Of a DNA stretch of 64,000 nt, positions 40,176 to 53,572 are shown piece after piece. The notes below the pieces were generated by a model that searched no databases, was not told the DNA's origin, and saw nothing but the letters and a program-made list of their open reading frames with translations. Every line of letters starts with the position of its first letter. Within the stretch, counting starts at the first letter, position 1. The stretch is from contig CM052817.1 in NCBI GenBank assembly GCA_028534125.1, positions 44,146,001-44,210,000 on the forward strand, written 5' to 3'. A program made the translations under genes and the position numbers. The stretch is from Lama glama. Taxonomy: Eukaryota.

Positions 40176-43000
40176 GTAAATATTGTAGAATACAGTTACA
40201 TACAACTTCTTGTTTGAGGACTTATATGCTACACCAGAGGCTATTAGTAAAACATTCTACAAAGTGGAAGGGAGTGGAAAACCTTCCTGGAGATGATATA
40301 CTTATAAGTGTATATATACTTATAATATATCTATACTTAAATATATGTGTATATACTTATAAGAAGACATGTCTTCTGCTTCTGCTTTAAGTTTTTGAAA
40401 TGTATCTAATTATATTCTGTAATTTTCTTTTGGCTACAAGTATTCATAACTTAACCTATGAAATTTTTGATCTTGATTTTAATACAAACCCTGTAGCACT
40501 GGCAGAATGTTCAGTTTTTTTTTTTTTTTAAAATGAAAGAGTTGTCATCTTTTTAATACATTGGATACTAGTTGTGAATAGTGAATCAGATTAGAAAAGT
40601 ATAAGCCTATTGCATATTTTTCTCTGTCACTACTTATTTTTTGAATCCCTTTTGTGTGGCTTTCTTAATATATAAATTCTTTCTAGAGGCATACATTTGA
40701 AGCACAGGATGAATTGAACTGTTATAAATAACTGGTATATTGTTAAATGGCAGCATTATGAATAAATTTTATGTTGTCCCTGTTGGTATATATCATTGGT
40801 TACATTATGCAAAATCTGTCATAGTAGGCCTTCAACAGATTTAAAGCAGAAAGTCAGCATTTATTTAATGACAAGGCATGAAAAGGTAGAAAAGCAATTC
40901 AGTTGTCATTTGTATGCCTAGGAATATGTAAGCTGCAGGAACTATGAGTTCAGTGCTGAGTGTACTGTATTCTTTGTTATTAGGTCTAAAAAAATAGAAG
41001 CCATAGAATTATGGAGTGGAAGACTTTGGCTGGCCACTCAGTTATCTTTTTGTTTCAAACTTCTACTCTTGAGAGACTTGAAACTTTAATTATAATGATA
41101 CTAATTTTATAATGATACTAATTGCCTGAAGTCTGGGTTATCTGAGATGCCTATATTTATCTCTGCATCAAGTCCTCCCTCCCTTCTCCCCATTCCCCTG
41201 CTATAGCTAGACTCCCTTTCACAGAAGATGCATTTAAGGTTAGTGTCTTTTCTTGGGTTTTATATTCTTTAAAATTTTTGATGGACTTGTAGCTTTTATC
41301 ATAGAAAAGATTTTTACTGGCATTATTAAGCATTTTAAACAGATTTGTGGAAGTTTCTGGAACAATTAGAGAATTTTGCCGAGTGAAATCTCATTTTTTT
41401 CTGTATTTCTTACTTAATGGGCCTTCTATTAGTTACTAGCATCAGATACTCTTACTTAGAGATGGTTAATCTACATTGAAACAATTCATCTAAAATGTAT
41501 TCATAGTTTAAATGTGCTTAAAGCAGACCACAGAAGTGCTGCACAGTGAGTGGAGCCTCAATCCCAGCTGTGCGGAAGAAGGTGCTATGAAATTCTTTAA
41601 AAGTGTAGACCCTGAGCCCTATCCCAGACCTCCTGGATCTGAATCTAGGTGAGATCTGGATATCTGTATTTAAAGAAACAAAAACTACATAGATGATTCT
41701 GATGTACATATGGGATTGAGAACTACTGTTTGTTTAAAACACAGACATATTTGCTGTTGGAAGTCTTATTAGCACTAAATTTAGTATTGGTGTCCTTGAT
41801 TTAGGACCTGTATTGCTTACCCAAAGTTGTTAACTGTTGGACTTCTTTCTTTGTAATGGACTCTGATTACCTCAGGGATATGGTTTTGATATGTTGTATA
41901 CACAGGGAAATAAGGAGTCTGGAAAACTGCCTTAACAATAGCATCTGACTTCACTTCTGTTTTCTCACCTATAAAAGAAGATATAACACGTGGTACTTAT
42001 GGGAGTGCTTTCTAAACCATAATATTCTGATTAATATTAATGATTATTTTAAAATATTGATAGTATTGAACTAGCTTTTATTTCTCATACAGGCAGGCGA
42101 TTGAAAGATTCCTAGATAGTATGCCAGTTATACTAAGGCAGTCGTTATTGGTTGGCATGTTTATTAAATAATTAATCAAGGCCGTACTCTGGTCATCAGA
42201 AGACTTCCCCAATTTCACAGAAATACAATATTTAAATATAAAATAAATGTTGAAACAGTGTTACCTCTGTATCATTCAATATAATTGGACTGAACTGTTT
42301 TAATTATTTAAAACTGTATTCTGATTCTAGGTTCCAAACCCTCATTCTACCAATAAGGTAGAAAGTGGACCTACTTTATTATAGATAAGGAAAATAGGCG
42401 AATTAAAGTCCCACATGAGTGTCAAGCCCAAGGAAGGTTTTTTCACCCATAAATTGATTCTAGGTGTATTTAGGAGCCTTTCATTCTTGTCATGGAACTT
42501 GAATATATAATTTTTTGGGTAAACAGTTAATTAGAATATTTCATCTGCTAGCATCCTGTAATTTTTTAAAGCATTTGGAATATATTATTAGCCCTCTTGT
42601 TATAGTCCTGTCTTTCTCTTTAATTCCTCTAATGCCATTTGTTAATTGTACTGATATGGCAGATAAAGAGAATAAAACTAGCTTAAAAAATAACACATAT
42701 AAATACATTTTTAATTTGGGGAATTTTATTAAATTAAAGAGTTCTTCTAAAATCAAGCTCCTCTGCTGTTGAACTTCCAGCAATGAAATGTTCTTAGTTT
42801 GCATAGAGTATAATATGGCTGGGGTTGTGAAGTTAAACGTTGGCTTTGATCTTAGAAAGCAGTGAGTAGGAATCAGATTAATTGAATTCCATACAATTGT
42901 GTGCATACTTCTCTCATTTGCATATCTAGTTTAAAAAAAATAAACTCTCTTATCTTTTTGAAGAATCACTGAAGTTGCTTTTCCCTCTTCCCCATTTTAG

Positions 43001-43075
43001 GCCCACCCAAAATACTTGAGTTGTATTGCAATCAGCTGTTTTTTCCTAGCTGCCAAGACTGTTGAGGAGGACGAG
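43001..43075 (+). CDS. CCNI: Cyclin I exon 4, aa 82-106
   Basis: ccattttag| AHPKYLSCIAISCFFLAAKTVEEDE |GTAAAT; 75 nt. Confidence 0.97.
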
Positions 43076-43229
43076 GTAAATATTTTGCATTAAAGATTAG
43101 TCGTGTCTCTTTTGAAATTTTTGTCCATTTATTAACTTGCTTTCTGTTTACCAAAACAAAAACTGAAAAAAATGAGTTTATTTTTTTCTATCCTATTCTC
43201 CCTGCCTTATTCCCCTTTTCTTTGGATAG

Positions 43230-43370
43230 AGAATTCCAGGACTGAAGGTATTGGCAAGAGATAGTTTCTGTGGATGTTCTTCATCTGAAATTCTGAGGAT
43301 GGAGAGAATTATTCTGGATAAGTTGAATTGGGATCTTCATACAGCCACACCATTGGATTTTCTTCACATT
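43230..43370 (+). CDS. CCNI: Cyclin I exon 5, aa 107-153
   Basis: tttggatag| [53 protein letters not shown]; 141 nt. Confidence 0.96.
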
Positions 43371-43674
43371 GTAAATATACCTGAAGTCTTTTAATTTCCT
43401 ATTTGAATATATAGTCCTATTTCAGTAACTTGAAAAGTAGATTGCCCACTCATGTGTTCTGATTTTTAAGGAAAAGAAAATTATTGTGCTTAGCCAAGGA
43501 AAAATTAGAAACTAGGATATATGTCAAATCACTGAAGCAAAAATTGCAAATAGTAATTGAGTAGTACTTTAGGAGGTTACATCAGTTTCTGTACATAGCT
43601 TACCTAGACATTGAAGTAAAACTAGAATGATGCTCTTGTGATTTTTAAAATTTTTTAATTTTTAATTTTTTTAG

Positions 43675-43905
43675 TTCCATGCCATTGCAGTGTCAACTAG
43701 GCCCCAGTTACTTTTTAGTCTGCCCAAACTGAGCCCATCTCAACATTTGGCTGTCCTTACCAAGCAACTACTTCACTGTATGGCCTGCAACCAACTTCTA
43801 CAATTCAAAGGATCCATGCTTGCTCTGGCCATGATTAGTTTGGAAATGGAGAAACTCATTCCTGATTGGCTTCCTCTTACAATTGAACTGCTTCAGAAAG
43901 CACAG
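43675..43905 (+). CDS. CCNI: Cyclin I exon 6, aa 154-230
   Basis: ttttttag| FHAIAVSTRPQLLFSLPKL...LTIELLQKAQ |GTAGGT; 231 nt. Confidence 0.97.
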
Positions 43906-46900
43906 GTAGGTGTCAGTCTAATTAAATAGTGTTCATTTCTAGTTTTTTATCTTACTGGGATACATAGGATAAACAGATGGTTATAAAAGTAAGAGACATT
44001 TTAATCTTTTAATGGCAGCCCATTTGTAAGAGTAGATAAGAGTATAATATACACTTCAAATTTATGGGATAAATGCCTTTTTTTCTTTTAAAAGCTTAGA
44101 TAAAATACTGTCTAAGAAAATACTCTTCATTCTTTTCACCTCTTCTAGATTACTTAAAAATCTTAGTCTTGAAAAATTAATAAGATTCTGGATAATATAT
44201 TCTCCATTCATTTTGTATGAAGAACCTTCCTAGCTGTATTTTTAGATTTCACTATAGTACTTCTACACTTTATTCATTTTGTAAAAGATACATCAAAAAC
44301 ATAAATTGCAAGAAGTTGCTTTTTAGACAAACAAATATTTTATTGTTGGCTAGAGAGGGAAGTATTTAGCATATAGAAACTTTTTCTGAAGTTTCAGGAC
44401 TTTCTGAAGTCCTGGTGGTTTCCATTCTTGGTTCATAACTTATATCTGCAAATTGATATAAAGTCTTATAGGTCAGTTAAATTTTTATCAACCATCTGTA
44501 TAAAATTTAAGCATTTAGTGGAGAAAATTCTCATTCAAATGAGAAGTTAGTAATGGTGCTCTTTGTTAGCACTACTTTGAGAGAATCCTCATTGGTTCTA
44601 TTCATGTCACCAAATAGAACTTAGAAGTTTAGGTCTGCTGCAAACCATACCTTCCCTGCCAACTGAGTCCATAAAAGACTTATGAACATACTTTTTCCTT
44701 TATAGGTCCCTACTTATTCTCATTTGGCAGATACTCAGTTTCTTTTATTGAATGTTATTAAGAGACTTAAATTCTGAGCTGAAAAACATTTTGTAACATA
44801 AAAAGAACTAATTTTGGCTAAGAGCTAGAGTTGTTGAGCTAGTAAAACTTAAAAGAAAAACAGGAGAATAATACTTGAATTTAGTGTTTTGTAAGATAGT
44901 TATAATTGATGATCTTATAGATGTGAGCTATAAAAGTTAGCAGATATTAAAGATATACCTCAGTGCAACCTCAGCTCTGAAAATTTCAGGCCTTTGTTTG
45001 TGAGCAGAGAGGGACTGAGAGGCTTTTCATAAAAGAATGATGATGATGGTCAGAGCAGTATATCAACTAGAGCCCCATCCCTCATAGGTGTTTTGCTCCA
45101 CTGTTCTTAACATGGCTTAGCTTGTCTGCATCCCTGGGACACATGATGTTGGTTAATACAGGCTGATTCTCCTCTACAAGGGAGATACGTTCTTTTAATA
45201 GCATATCTTAGATTAAAATAATTAAGAAGTGTTTCTTTCCATTGAAATAAATACTATAATGAAAGTAAGTCCTAGGAGAGAGATAGTTTCTACTTAGTGA
45301 GAATTTTTAGAAGCTAACATAAAGCACCACATAAGCGTGGCACAGAAAATTTTCTTTGCCTGCCTAGAATGTTGGAAGATGAAGTTGAATATTAATCATT
45401 TACGTTAGACCTCGGAAATGAGGGAAGGGGCATTAATACAACCTCTGCCTCCTATATTTCTCATTTTTTATTGGAACAAATGACATATCTCTAAATGCCT
45501 CCCTGACTTGGCGTCTGTGCCTATTTCCAAGCTACTACAGAGAAAATTCGCTATATGAAAGGTTGCTATCACAGAGAAAGGACAGACTTTGATGCATAAA
45601 TAATAAGAATTTTGTAAATAGCATTATATTCTGCAGCTTTGACACTGGAGAATCTGCTTATTCTCCTTCATAAGTCTTCTCGTGCTAGAGGAAAATGTTC
45701 ACTGAAACTTGTTTCTCCCTTTACTGAAGGAGTATTATAAACTTGGAATTTGAAGGAATCTTAAAAATCACATTATTCATCTCCTTTATTTTATAGTTTC
45801 AGTCCAGGAAACTTGGGACTTTTCTCAGAGACACACAGAACTTAATAGTAAAGAAGACTTAAAAAAAAACAAAACCCAGTGCTTTTTCCATATGACACAA
45901 ACCTTAAAGATTCTAGCCCAGTGGTTTTCAGAGGTTCCCTTAGAACTGGAACCCTTCCCTTGTCCCCTCAAAAGTCTTGTACGTACACAATCCCAGAATA
46001 CTAAGTAGTAAAGTATTGCTTTGCAATCAGTTTGTTTGGGGCAGAGGCCTATCAGATGCAGTCCTACTCAGCGTGGCTCCTTCCCTTTCATAAGCTGTTT
46101 GGACATAGTTTGAAAACCACTGTTCTATTCTCTTGTATATGTATATAGTTCTATTCCACAAACATTTATTGAGAAATCTTTTATCTAGGCACTGGAGGTA
46201 CAGTGATTCTTTAAAAAAAAAAAGTCTCTCCATGAAGTTAGTAGTCAGGTTATAATGAGGAAGATAGTTAAAAACAAGTAAGGTCAAAACTTTAGACAGT
46301 TTGTAACTTGGTAATAGCAATTCTCTGAAACCCTATGGCCCAAATCTGTGTGGCTCCTGATTCTTCAAAACTCAGTTGTCTTGCTAAGTTCACCTGAGTT
46401 TAGGTAGGAACACCAGGTCTAATATCTTTGTAATTACACCTGTGACAAGGCGATAGTAATACCAGCTATTTCTCCTGGATTTCTGTTTCTAGCATAGGAA
46501 ATTCTTGCATCAGATTGGTGAGATCATGCCAGAATTACTCCTGACCTGTTTCCTAGGGTCCTGGTTTGAGGGTACAGCTAATGATCCATCATAGACAGCT
46601 ACCACCAGCTTTATGTTCCCTCTGAACTTCAGAGTAAGTGAGTGTTCCCTGGTTTGAAAGGCAAGCTTCCTCTGTCCCTCCTAGTCCCACTCCCCCATTG
46701 CTTCCCTCCCCAACACCCGCATCTCTTGTGCTGCCCATTGGTCACCATGTTAGGATGGCTAACCCTCTTTTTCTTCTATGGCTATATTCATGTTCTTTTC
46801 TGAGTGATGTGGCCCACTCGATTATCTCTGGATGTTAACTCTACCTGGATTAGTGTGATGGTCTTCCTAGTCCTAGCCAGGCACTAGTCAAAGTAGATAT

Positions 46901-48108
46901 TTCCTGCTGTGATGTAGTTTAACATCAGAGTACAGAGTTAAAGAAGCAGGCCCTCCCCTCTGGGGTCTTCTAGTTCTTGAAGGTGCCTAAAGTCAGTCTA
47001 CTTACTGCACTAGGTATTTTCAATGCTTTATGCTGTCCATTGAACCTGGTGGGTCCATCTGAACCAATTACATCGTGCTATTCTGATCCCCTTTCCCATC
47101 AGTAACCTATTTGGATGTCTGCTTTGTAAACTTTCCGTATTATTTACCTTAACTCCTTGGTAAGCTAAATTATACTTGTTTTTGTTTTTCTAGCAAGGGA
47201 TACTTTAAAATGATTACTATATTTGAATTTGGGGAGATAGTCATGATAAATAACAATAAATGTTCTCAACACTCTGCAATTAGATCAAGTTCATTTTAAA
47301 TCTTTTTATAATTGTTTCATTAGAGGATTTGTCTGGTGTCTAAAGTTGTAGTGATCCCAGTATACTTGGCTTATTTTGTTTCCTCCACTGGATCTCAACG
47401 AGGGCCATGTTTTGTTTTTTTAAGAACAAATTTAGGTTGTAGTAGATTAGAAAGAATTTATTTGATGCATTGTTTTGGACAAAGAGCTTAACTTGGGTGG
47501 AAGTAGAGTTCATTAGATGGTATTGGTTTGAATAATCTCTGATGTCTTTCTAGCCCCATTTTCTGCCGGTTTTCACCTCTAAAATATAACTCCCTATTTA
47601 CTTATTACCTTCACAGAGAAAGATTATATTGACGTAAATAGTCTTCCTTTCACTTGCAATACATGTCTTTTTTCAGGACTCTGCTACAGTACTGTGCCCA
47701 GTGACCAAGACGTTAGAGTATTTGTGGTACTTTTACTTTGCTAGGCCACTGAGTATCATTCATTTGTTAAAGAACAGTTCATTAAATTAGGTACTTACTT
47801 ACTTTTTAGAAATAGTTTTTACATTGTAGCCTTCTTTTCACTTCCCAATTTCTGTCTTTCATTTCTGTTACCCTTCTTTTGTTGGCTTTTTGAAGAAGCC
47901 CCAATACTTGACTAGGGTACCAGTTGCCTTAAAGAACTTTGAGGACCCCTCTCTCTCCAGGGTGCTCTGTTCCACTGTGTTTAGCATGACTTAGCTTGTT
48001 CCACATCTCTGGGACATGATTAGCACTAGCCTACAGTCGGAAGCTTAATAGTTGGGGGCCATCTTAAGTATTATGTAATTCTTCTTTTCTTTAAGAGAAG
48101 AAAAGAAT

Positions 48109-48114
<6 letters not shown>

Positions 48115-48152
<38 letters not shown>
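48115..48152. repeat. (TG)n microsatellite
   Basis: Directly visible dinucleotide run. Confidence 0.95.
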
Positions 48153-48154
<2 letters not shown>

Positions 48155-49826
48155 CATACACACTGATTAATAGTATCTTACCCATAGAGTGTTACCTAGT
48201 GCCTTTCAAACTAGGGGAAAAAATCAGTGAACAAGATAGAAGATACTAGAAATGGTCATTTTCATGTATAGTTTCTGCCAGTTTCAGACATTTTCATATT
48301 TGGACTATATGAAAACTAACACTAGCCTTTCATCCTTTTCCACTGATACTTTCCTGGGTAACAAGTACTGAGTATATTTAGAGATAAAATAGTTTTTTCA
48401 CCATATATGTTCTTGCAGAGCATGTTATTTTCCTTCATTTTCTCTGTGGTATTGCAGACAGTCATGCTGTGTGCTAGGTTTTGTAGGCATAAATTAGAAT
48501 TGGTTAAGAAATGTCCCAAAATACCTATAGAATACATAAGACTGGAAAGTGATCCCTGATAGTTAAATAGGCAAGATAGGCTTCCTGGAGGTGGTGGCAG
48601 TTACCCAGACCTGGAAGGAACAGGTAATACAATTTCAACAGGTAGAAACAGGATGCGCAAGGGTAAAGTAAGAAAGGCAAGATTTGTGCAGAGTAGAGAG
48701 CAGGCCTGTTTGGCAGGAATGTAGAGCACAAATTGGGATATGCTAGGAAATCAGGCTGGAGAAGAAAGTTGGGTCAAATTGTGGAGAGCCTTCTTAATAC
48801 CAAGCTAAATAGGTTACTTATTTCTGGTAGGCACTTTGGGTGCCACTAAAGAAATTTAAATAGGGAGAAATACATGTTGGTAAAGGAAGTTTGAGAGCTA
48901 TAATTGCAGGGAAGGTAAGGCAGAGAGAAACTAATTAGACTGTTTACCACAGGTAAGATTTTGAAGGCCTTCCATGTACAGTGGTCGGTGCTAGAACTGA
49001 GGGAATAAAAAGGATTATGATACAAAGCCTACCTCTTGGGGTCTTGCAGTCTATAGTGGAAAGGCATAAATGGTTAAATAGATTATTCTAATACAGTGTG
49101 GTCAGTATGATGACAGGTTGATACAAAAATAGATGACCCTAGAATTTAGGTTTCTAGGGAGTTTGGGGGTGGGGGTAGTCATGGGTAGCTTCAGAAAGGA
49201 CTGATACCTGAATTACCCTGAAGGTTAAGAAGGAATTAGTGAAACTCCCAAATTAAACAAACATTTTTCCTTGTGCTGTCAAGCCTGCTGTTTTCTACAA
49301 ATATATAACTTGTCAAATGTTCTCATTTACTATTTTAAAAACAAAATACTTAAATTGTTCTGAATTCTTAACCAGACAGCCTTCCCCATCCTTTATTTAA
49401 ACTTTTTCTTGTCTCTGGTGGCTTCTTTAAATTCTTAACAGATTTTATGTTTATCTGTACCTTGGTCTTCACTAAAGAGACTGGAAGAGGCAAAGGGTGG
49501 GGTGGAAGGCCTTCTAGATTGAACAAAAACAGATGTTGGATATATAGCTGTGAACAAAAGAATAATTTCCACTCTCATGAAGATGTGCAGCATACAATTA
49601 CAAATACAGAATTCAAGTTCCAAAGAGATTTATATTTGAAATACAGATTTGGACACAGTTTCTAAGATGATGGGTAGGCTGGAGGAATAGATGAGTATGC
49701 AATGAAAGATGTGGGGAGAGAAAAAGTTTGGGGGACAGAGGGCACAGGGAGAAAAAGTGGCCAGCAGGGATGACATAGAGGCCTACATTAATGATCAACT
49801 TTGTGGTTTCTTCCCCCCCGGCCCAG

Positions 49827-50270
49827 ATGGATAGCTCCCAGTTGATCCACTGTCGGGAGCTTGTGGCACATCACCTTTCTACTCTGCAGTCTTCCCTGCC
49901 TCTAAATTCCGTTTATGTCTACCGTCCCCTCAAGCACACCCTGGTGACCTGTGACAAAGGAGTGTTCAGATTACATCCCTCCTCTGCCCCAGGCCCAGAT
50001 TTCTCCAAGGACAACAGCAAACCAGAAGTGCCAGTCAGAGGTACAGCAGCCTTCTGCCATCATCTCCCAGCTGCCAATGGGTGCAAGCATACCTCTGCTA
50101 AACGCAAAGTAGAGGAAATGGAAGTGGACGACTTCTACGATGGGATCAAACGGCTCTATAATGAAGATAATGCTTCAGAAAATGTGGGTTCTGTGTGTGG
50201 CACTGATTTATCAAGGCAAGAGGGACATGCTTCCCCTTGTCCACCTTTGCAGCCTGTTTCTGTCATGTAG
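49827..50270 (+). CDS. CCNI: Cyclin I exon 7, aa 231-377 plus TAG (C-terminal tail with KRK basic motif and PEST-like end)
   Basis: cccggcccag| MDSSQLIHCRELVAHHL...PCPPLQPVSVM*. Exon total 38+43+25+47+77+147 = 377 aa, the length of human cyclin I. Confidence 0.97.
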   Translation: MDSSQLIHCRELVAHHLSTLQSSLPLNSVYVYRPLKHTLVTCDKGVFRLHPSSAPGPDFSKDNSKPEVPVRGTAAFCHHLPAANGCKHTSAKRKVEEMEVDDFYDGIKRLYNEDNASENVGSVCGTDLSRQEGHASPCPPLQPVSVM

Positions 50271-51405
50271 CTTCAGGGGTTACCTTCGAGTGCAAACTAA
50301 GGTAGACTACTCTGGGAATGGGAATGTGGAAAACCAGGAGAGGCTATATAGAAAGGTGTATACCTTATTAGGCTGATTTGAAATGAGCCAGAAAAAAGCC
50401 CCGTTTATTTGTATGGCTAATGATAATTCAACATTATTTAAGCACTTAAAGACCAAAAACAGTGTAAAATTCAAGATCAAAAAAATTTTTTAACTAAAAA
50501 ATTTCTTTGTAGTGTGTCAGTTCCACCCTTTTCTCTGCTAAAATGTAACGTAGATTACCCTATGTCAGAAATTCAGTGTTTTTTTTTAAAAGTTCCAAAA
50601 TTCCTAGCTAGCAAACCTTGTCCCAGAATCCTGATTTAATTTTCGTCTTGCTTTTGCTTGCTTCTTCTTTGAATACTTAATGAATTTTATGCATGTTGAG
50701 TCTTCGCCTGACTTCCACTGATAAGGAAACCCTCAAATTTTTTTTAGCAATTTAGTGAACAAATTATTTGTGTAACAGCCATGTTTAATCCATGATTCAA
50801 ATTTAAATTAATCTGGAAAGGGTACTTCAGAATTGCCTCATGAATCAGAGGTGGTTATAGAAAAAGGACTCCCATTACTGTGTTGATTTGTTTGTCTCCT
50901 TTCAATTTCTAGAGTTTGGAAACAAAATTTTCATTTTTGTTTATTTTAAATTGAAGCTTAAAATTGGCATGTGATTAGGACACTTAGATTTGTTGAAAGC
51001 ATCTTTGACATTTGTATAAAAGAATTTGATAAAGTTAATATATCCAGGTGCTCACCAAAGAAACGTGTTCTGTAACAACTAAAATTGATTTTTTTTTTTT
51101 TTTTTTTTTTGCTAACTGATCAGTTCACTCATTTATAATCAGTAGGAGAGACTGTCTAGATGTGGGGGCAGCTTTATGATTTGGGTCTGTAACATGTAAT
51201 AACTGAATTCAGTGCCCTAGTTTTATGTTAAGCTATTAGGATTTTCTTGATAAAAGTTAATCCCCCTGCCTCCCCAGCCTACCTATATTTCTTAATGACT
51301 TATGGATCCTGAGCTCCCTGTGCAGTCTGAAGAAGGTATTGCAGTCAGAACCATGTACTGATGATAAAAGCCTCTGGTAGCAATAAAGGTTGTCCTTAAC
51401 CTTTT
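50271..51405 (+). terminator. CCNI: CCNI 3'UTR with poly(A) signal AATAAA at 51382-51387 (second AATAAA at 51504-51509)
   Basis: First canonical AATAAA seen after the stop, followed by a T-rich downstream element (~51401-51425) and preceded by TGTA elements. Confidence 0.75.
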
Positions 51406-53553
51406 CATCTCTTTTTTCTGCTTGTGAAGAGGTACAAGTTCCTGATTGGTTACATTGCTATTTCAACTATGGAAGATGATAAAAATCCTAATATGCTTGC
51501 AGAAATAAAACATGGAGAAAGGGGGGGTTTAAATGTGACTGTATTTAGGTTTTGACATAAGAATTTTTCCTTTATTATTTTCTAACTGGTGGTCTGTGAC
51601 CTTCCAAACAGGAAATTCTCATCTTAAGGAACTGTGGTGGTAGGCATAGTCCCATATCTAGGTAACCTATCATTTTTAGCTCACTGATTTTGTTCTGATT
51701 TAGCAAAGCAAGAGTATTCTCAGGTCAGCATTTGAAAAATTCTTATTGTGGGATTGGTTACCTACTACTTGTGACCTTACAGTCCAGTCAAAGAGGAAAC
51801 TTTTACTTACATCCAAGTACAGGAAGTGTGAAGTAGAATATAAAAGAATGAACTGGTTTCCAGTGAAGATAGCATGAGGCTAGCTTTTTTTAAAACATAA
51901 AAAAAATTCCAGTTATCCTAATCTTCATGTGGTTCTGTTTCTTAATTCTCCTGAATTGTGGAAGCTCCAAGAAGTCTACAACTACAAATGTTCATCATTA
52001 AAATAAATGGCACTTAATTGTTATGTAGAAAGCTAGGGATAAAATTGAGTCTAGAGTCAGACTATTTCATTTGTAGTCCAGTTGCTACAGATTGTACAGA
52101 GGTTAGAAATAATTTTAATTTCTTGAGGTTTTCTAATCTTACGAAAAATTGATGGTAGATCAGTTTGGAAAATAGCATTGTTTTCATGGGAAACTGAATT
52201 GGGATGGTTGGGCAGCTAGGTCTAATGCTTCAAAGCATGTTTAACCTATAGTTCAGTTAAATAATAGTACTTTGGAGACCAGACCCTCCTGAGCACCCTT
52301 TCAGTTATATCTCCCTGCCACTGGCCCAGAGACGTGTGCTACCTTGGGCTCTGTGAGGCCTGAACCCATGGTTTGAGGCAGAAAAAAGCAAATTATTTTT
52401 AAATAGTGTGGAACTTTTCATTAAGAATGTTCTGTTAAAATTTAGCCTGTCCCAAGATAATTTGCCTTAAATCTTGGCATCAGATCACAAACTATTCTCT
52501 TTCAAGATTTGGAAACTTGAGATTCATAGATCACAATTGCCTAACGCCCCTTGGTGTTTAGAAAACCTGTCATCCCCTGAAGGCTGTGCAAAGGCAAAGA
52601 ATAAACTCGATGGGCATAAATTAGCTATTCTCTAATCCTCCATTCAATAGGAATAGGGTCAAGGGCATGGTCCAGCTTTTGAAGATCACAGTAGTAGAAG
52701 CCAAATATTTACTTCCATTCTCTTTGCAGGATTGGTATGAAATTGGTTATTTGTTAAGAACTGAATGTTTTCTTCTACAGACGATGTCTTACATTAAGGT
52801 GGAGAGGAGGGCTGGGAAAGGAGAATGCTCTCAAATGCCAGTTAAAAAGACATGTAACTGATTTGTCAGAAATGTTTCTGACACTACGCCTTTGGCTCTG
52901 AAGAAAGCTGTAGTGTATGTAGCTCCTCCCTCAGCCAAGCTGATGAGAACCTGAGCCTACATTCCTGCTGTTGAGAGAGAGTGTTAAGACATGGGTGTCT
53001 GTACCCCAAGAAGCATTATTTCTTTTCTCCTGTGTTGGTTCTAACAATGCATATGTGTGTCCTCTCTACTCTCTTTACATACCTGGATTTTGAAGATTTT
53101 TAATTCACTCATTCTGGAGTTCCTGAAACAAAGTAAGTTGTTTTTGAGCATTACTGCCGAAAGTAGCACAATATCCTTTCACTTAAAATGTGATTAAGCC
53201 ACTGATGCTCAGCTAACGTAATGGTGAGGCATGCTATCTTTATCCTTAGGTAATTTGTACATTTTCATCTAGAAAGGGAAGAGTCTGTGACAAACTTCCC
53301 CACAATCATCCTAGGAGATGGCTTCCCTGGTGTACATTCACAGGTTGCAGATTAGAGAATTGTCCGATGCCACATAGCTAAGAATTTTTAACAAGGCTCA
53401 ACTTTTAACTTATCAAATACAAGGATAAAGCTTTGAGATATCATGAAGTTCTGTGTAACATGTAAGTATTACTTCTAAAGCCTTCAAAATGGTTGAAATT
53501 AGCCCTTAGACAGCAGTAACAATGTCTCCTATGCCCATTGTTGTTCTGTGCTT

Positions 53554-53572
53554 TGGCCAGTAGGTGGCGCTT
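53554..53572 (+). promoter_or_regulatory. CTCF-motif match
   Basis: TGGCCAGTAGGTGGCGCTT matches the CCASYAGRKGGCRS core at all positions. Confidence 0.65.

Noticed and set aside
40296..40363. atatacttataag repeats and palindromes
   Set aside because: Degenerate AT-rich low-complexity repeat, not a repeat-spacer array.
41090..41123. Perfect 17-bp tandem duplication ttataatgatactaatt
   Set aside because: Ordinary intronic slippage duplication.
49791..49826. N-terminal extension MINFVVSSPPAQ of the 159-aa ORF
   Set aside because: This is the intron 6 polypyrimidine/acceptor region read in frame; the exon starts at 49827.
52864..52883. 9-bp perfect inverted repeat tgtcagaaa-tg-tttctgaca (also an imperfect hairpin at ~48075-48112)
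   Set aside because: Plausible by chance in 64 kb of AT-rich DNA; no supporting context.
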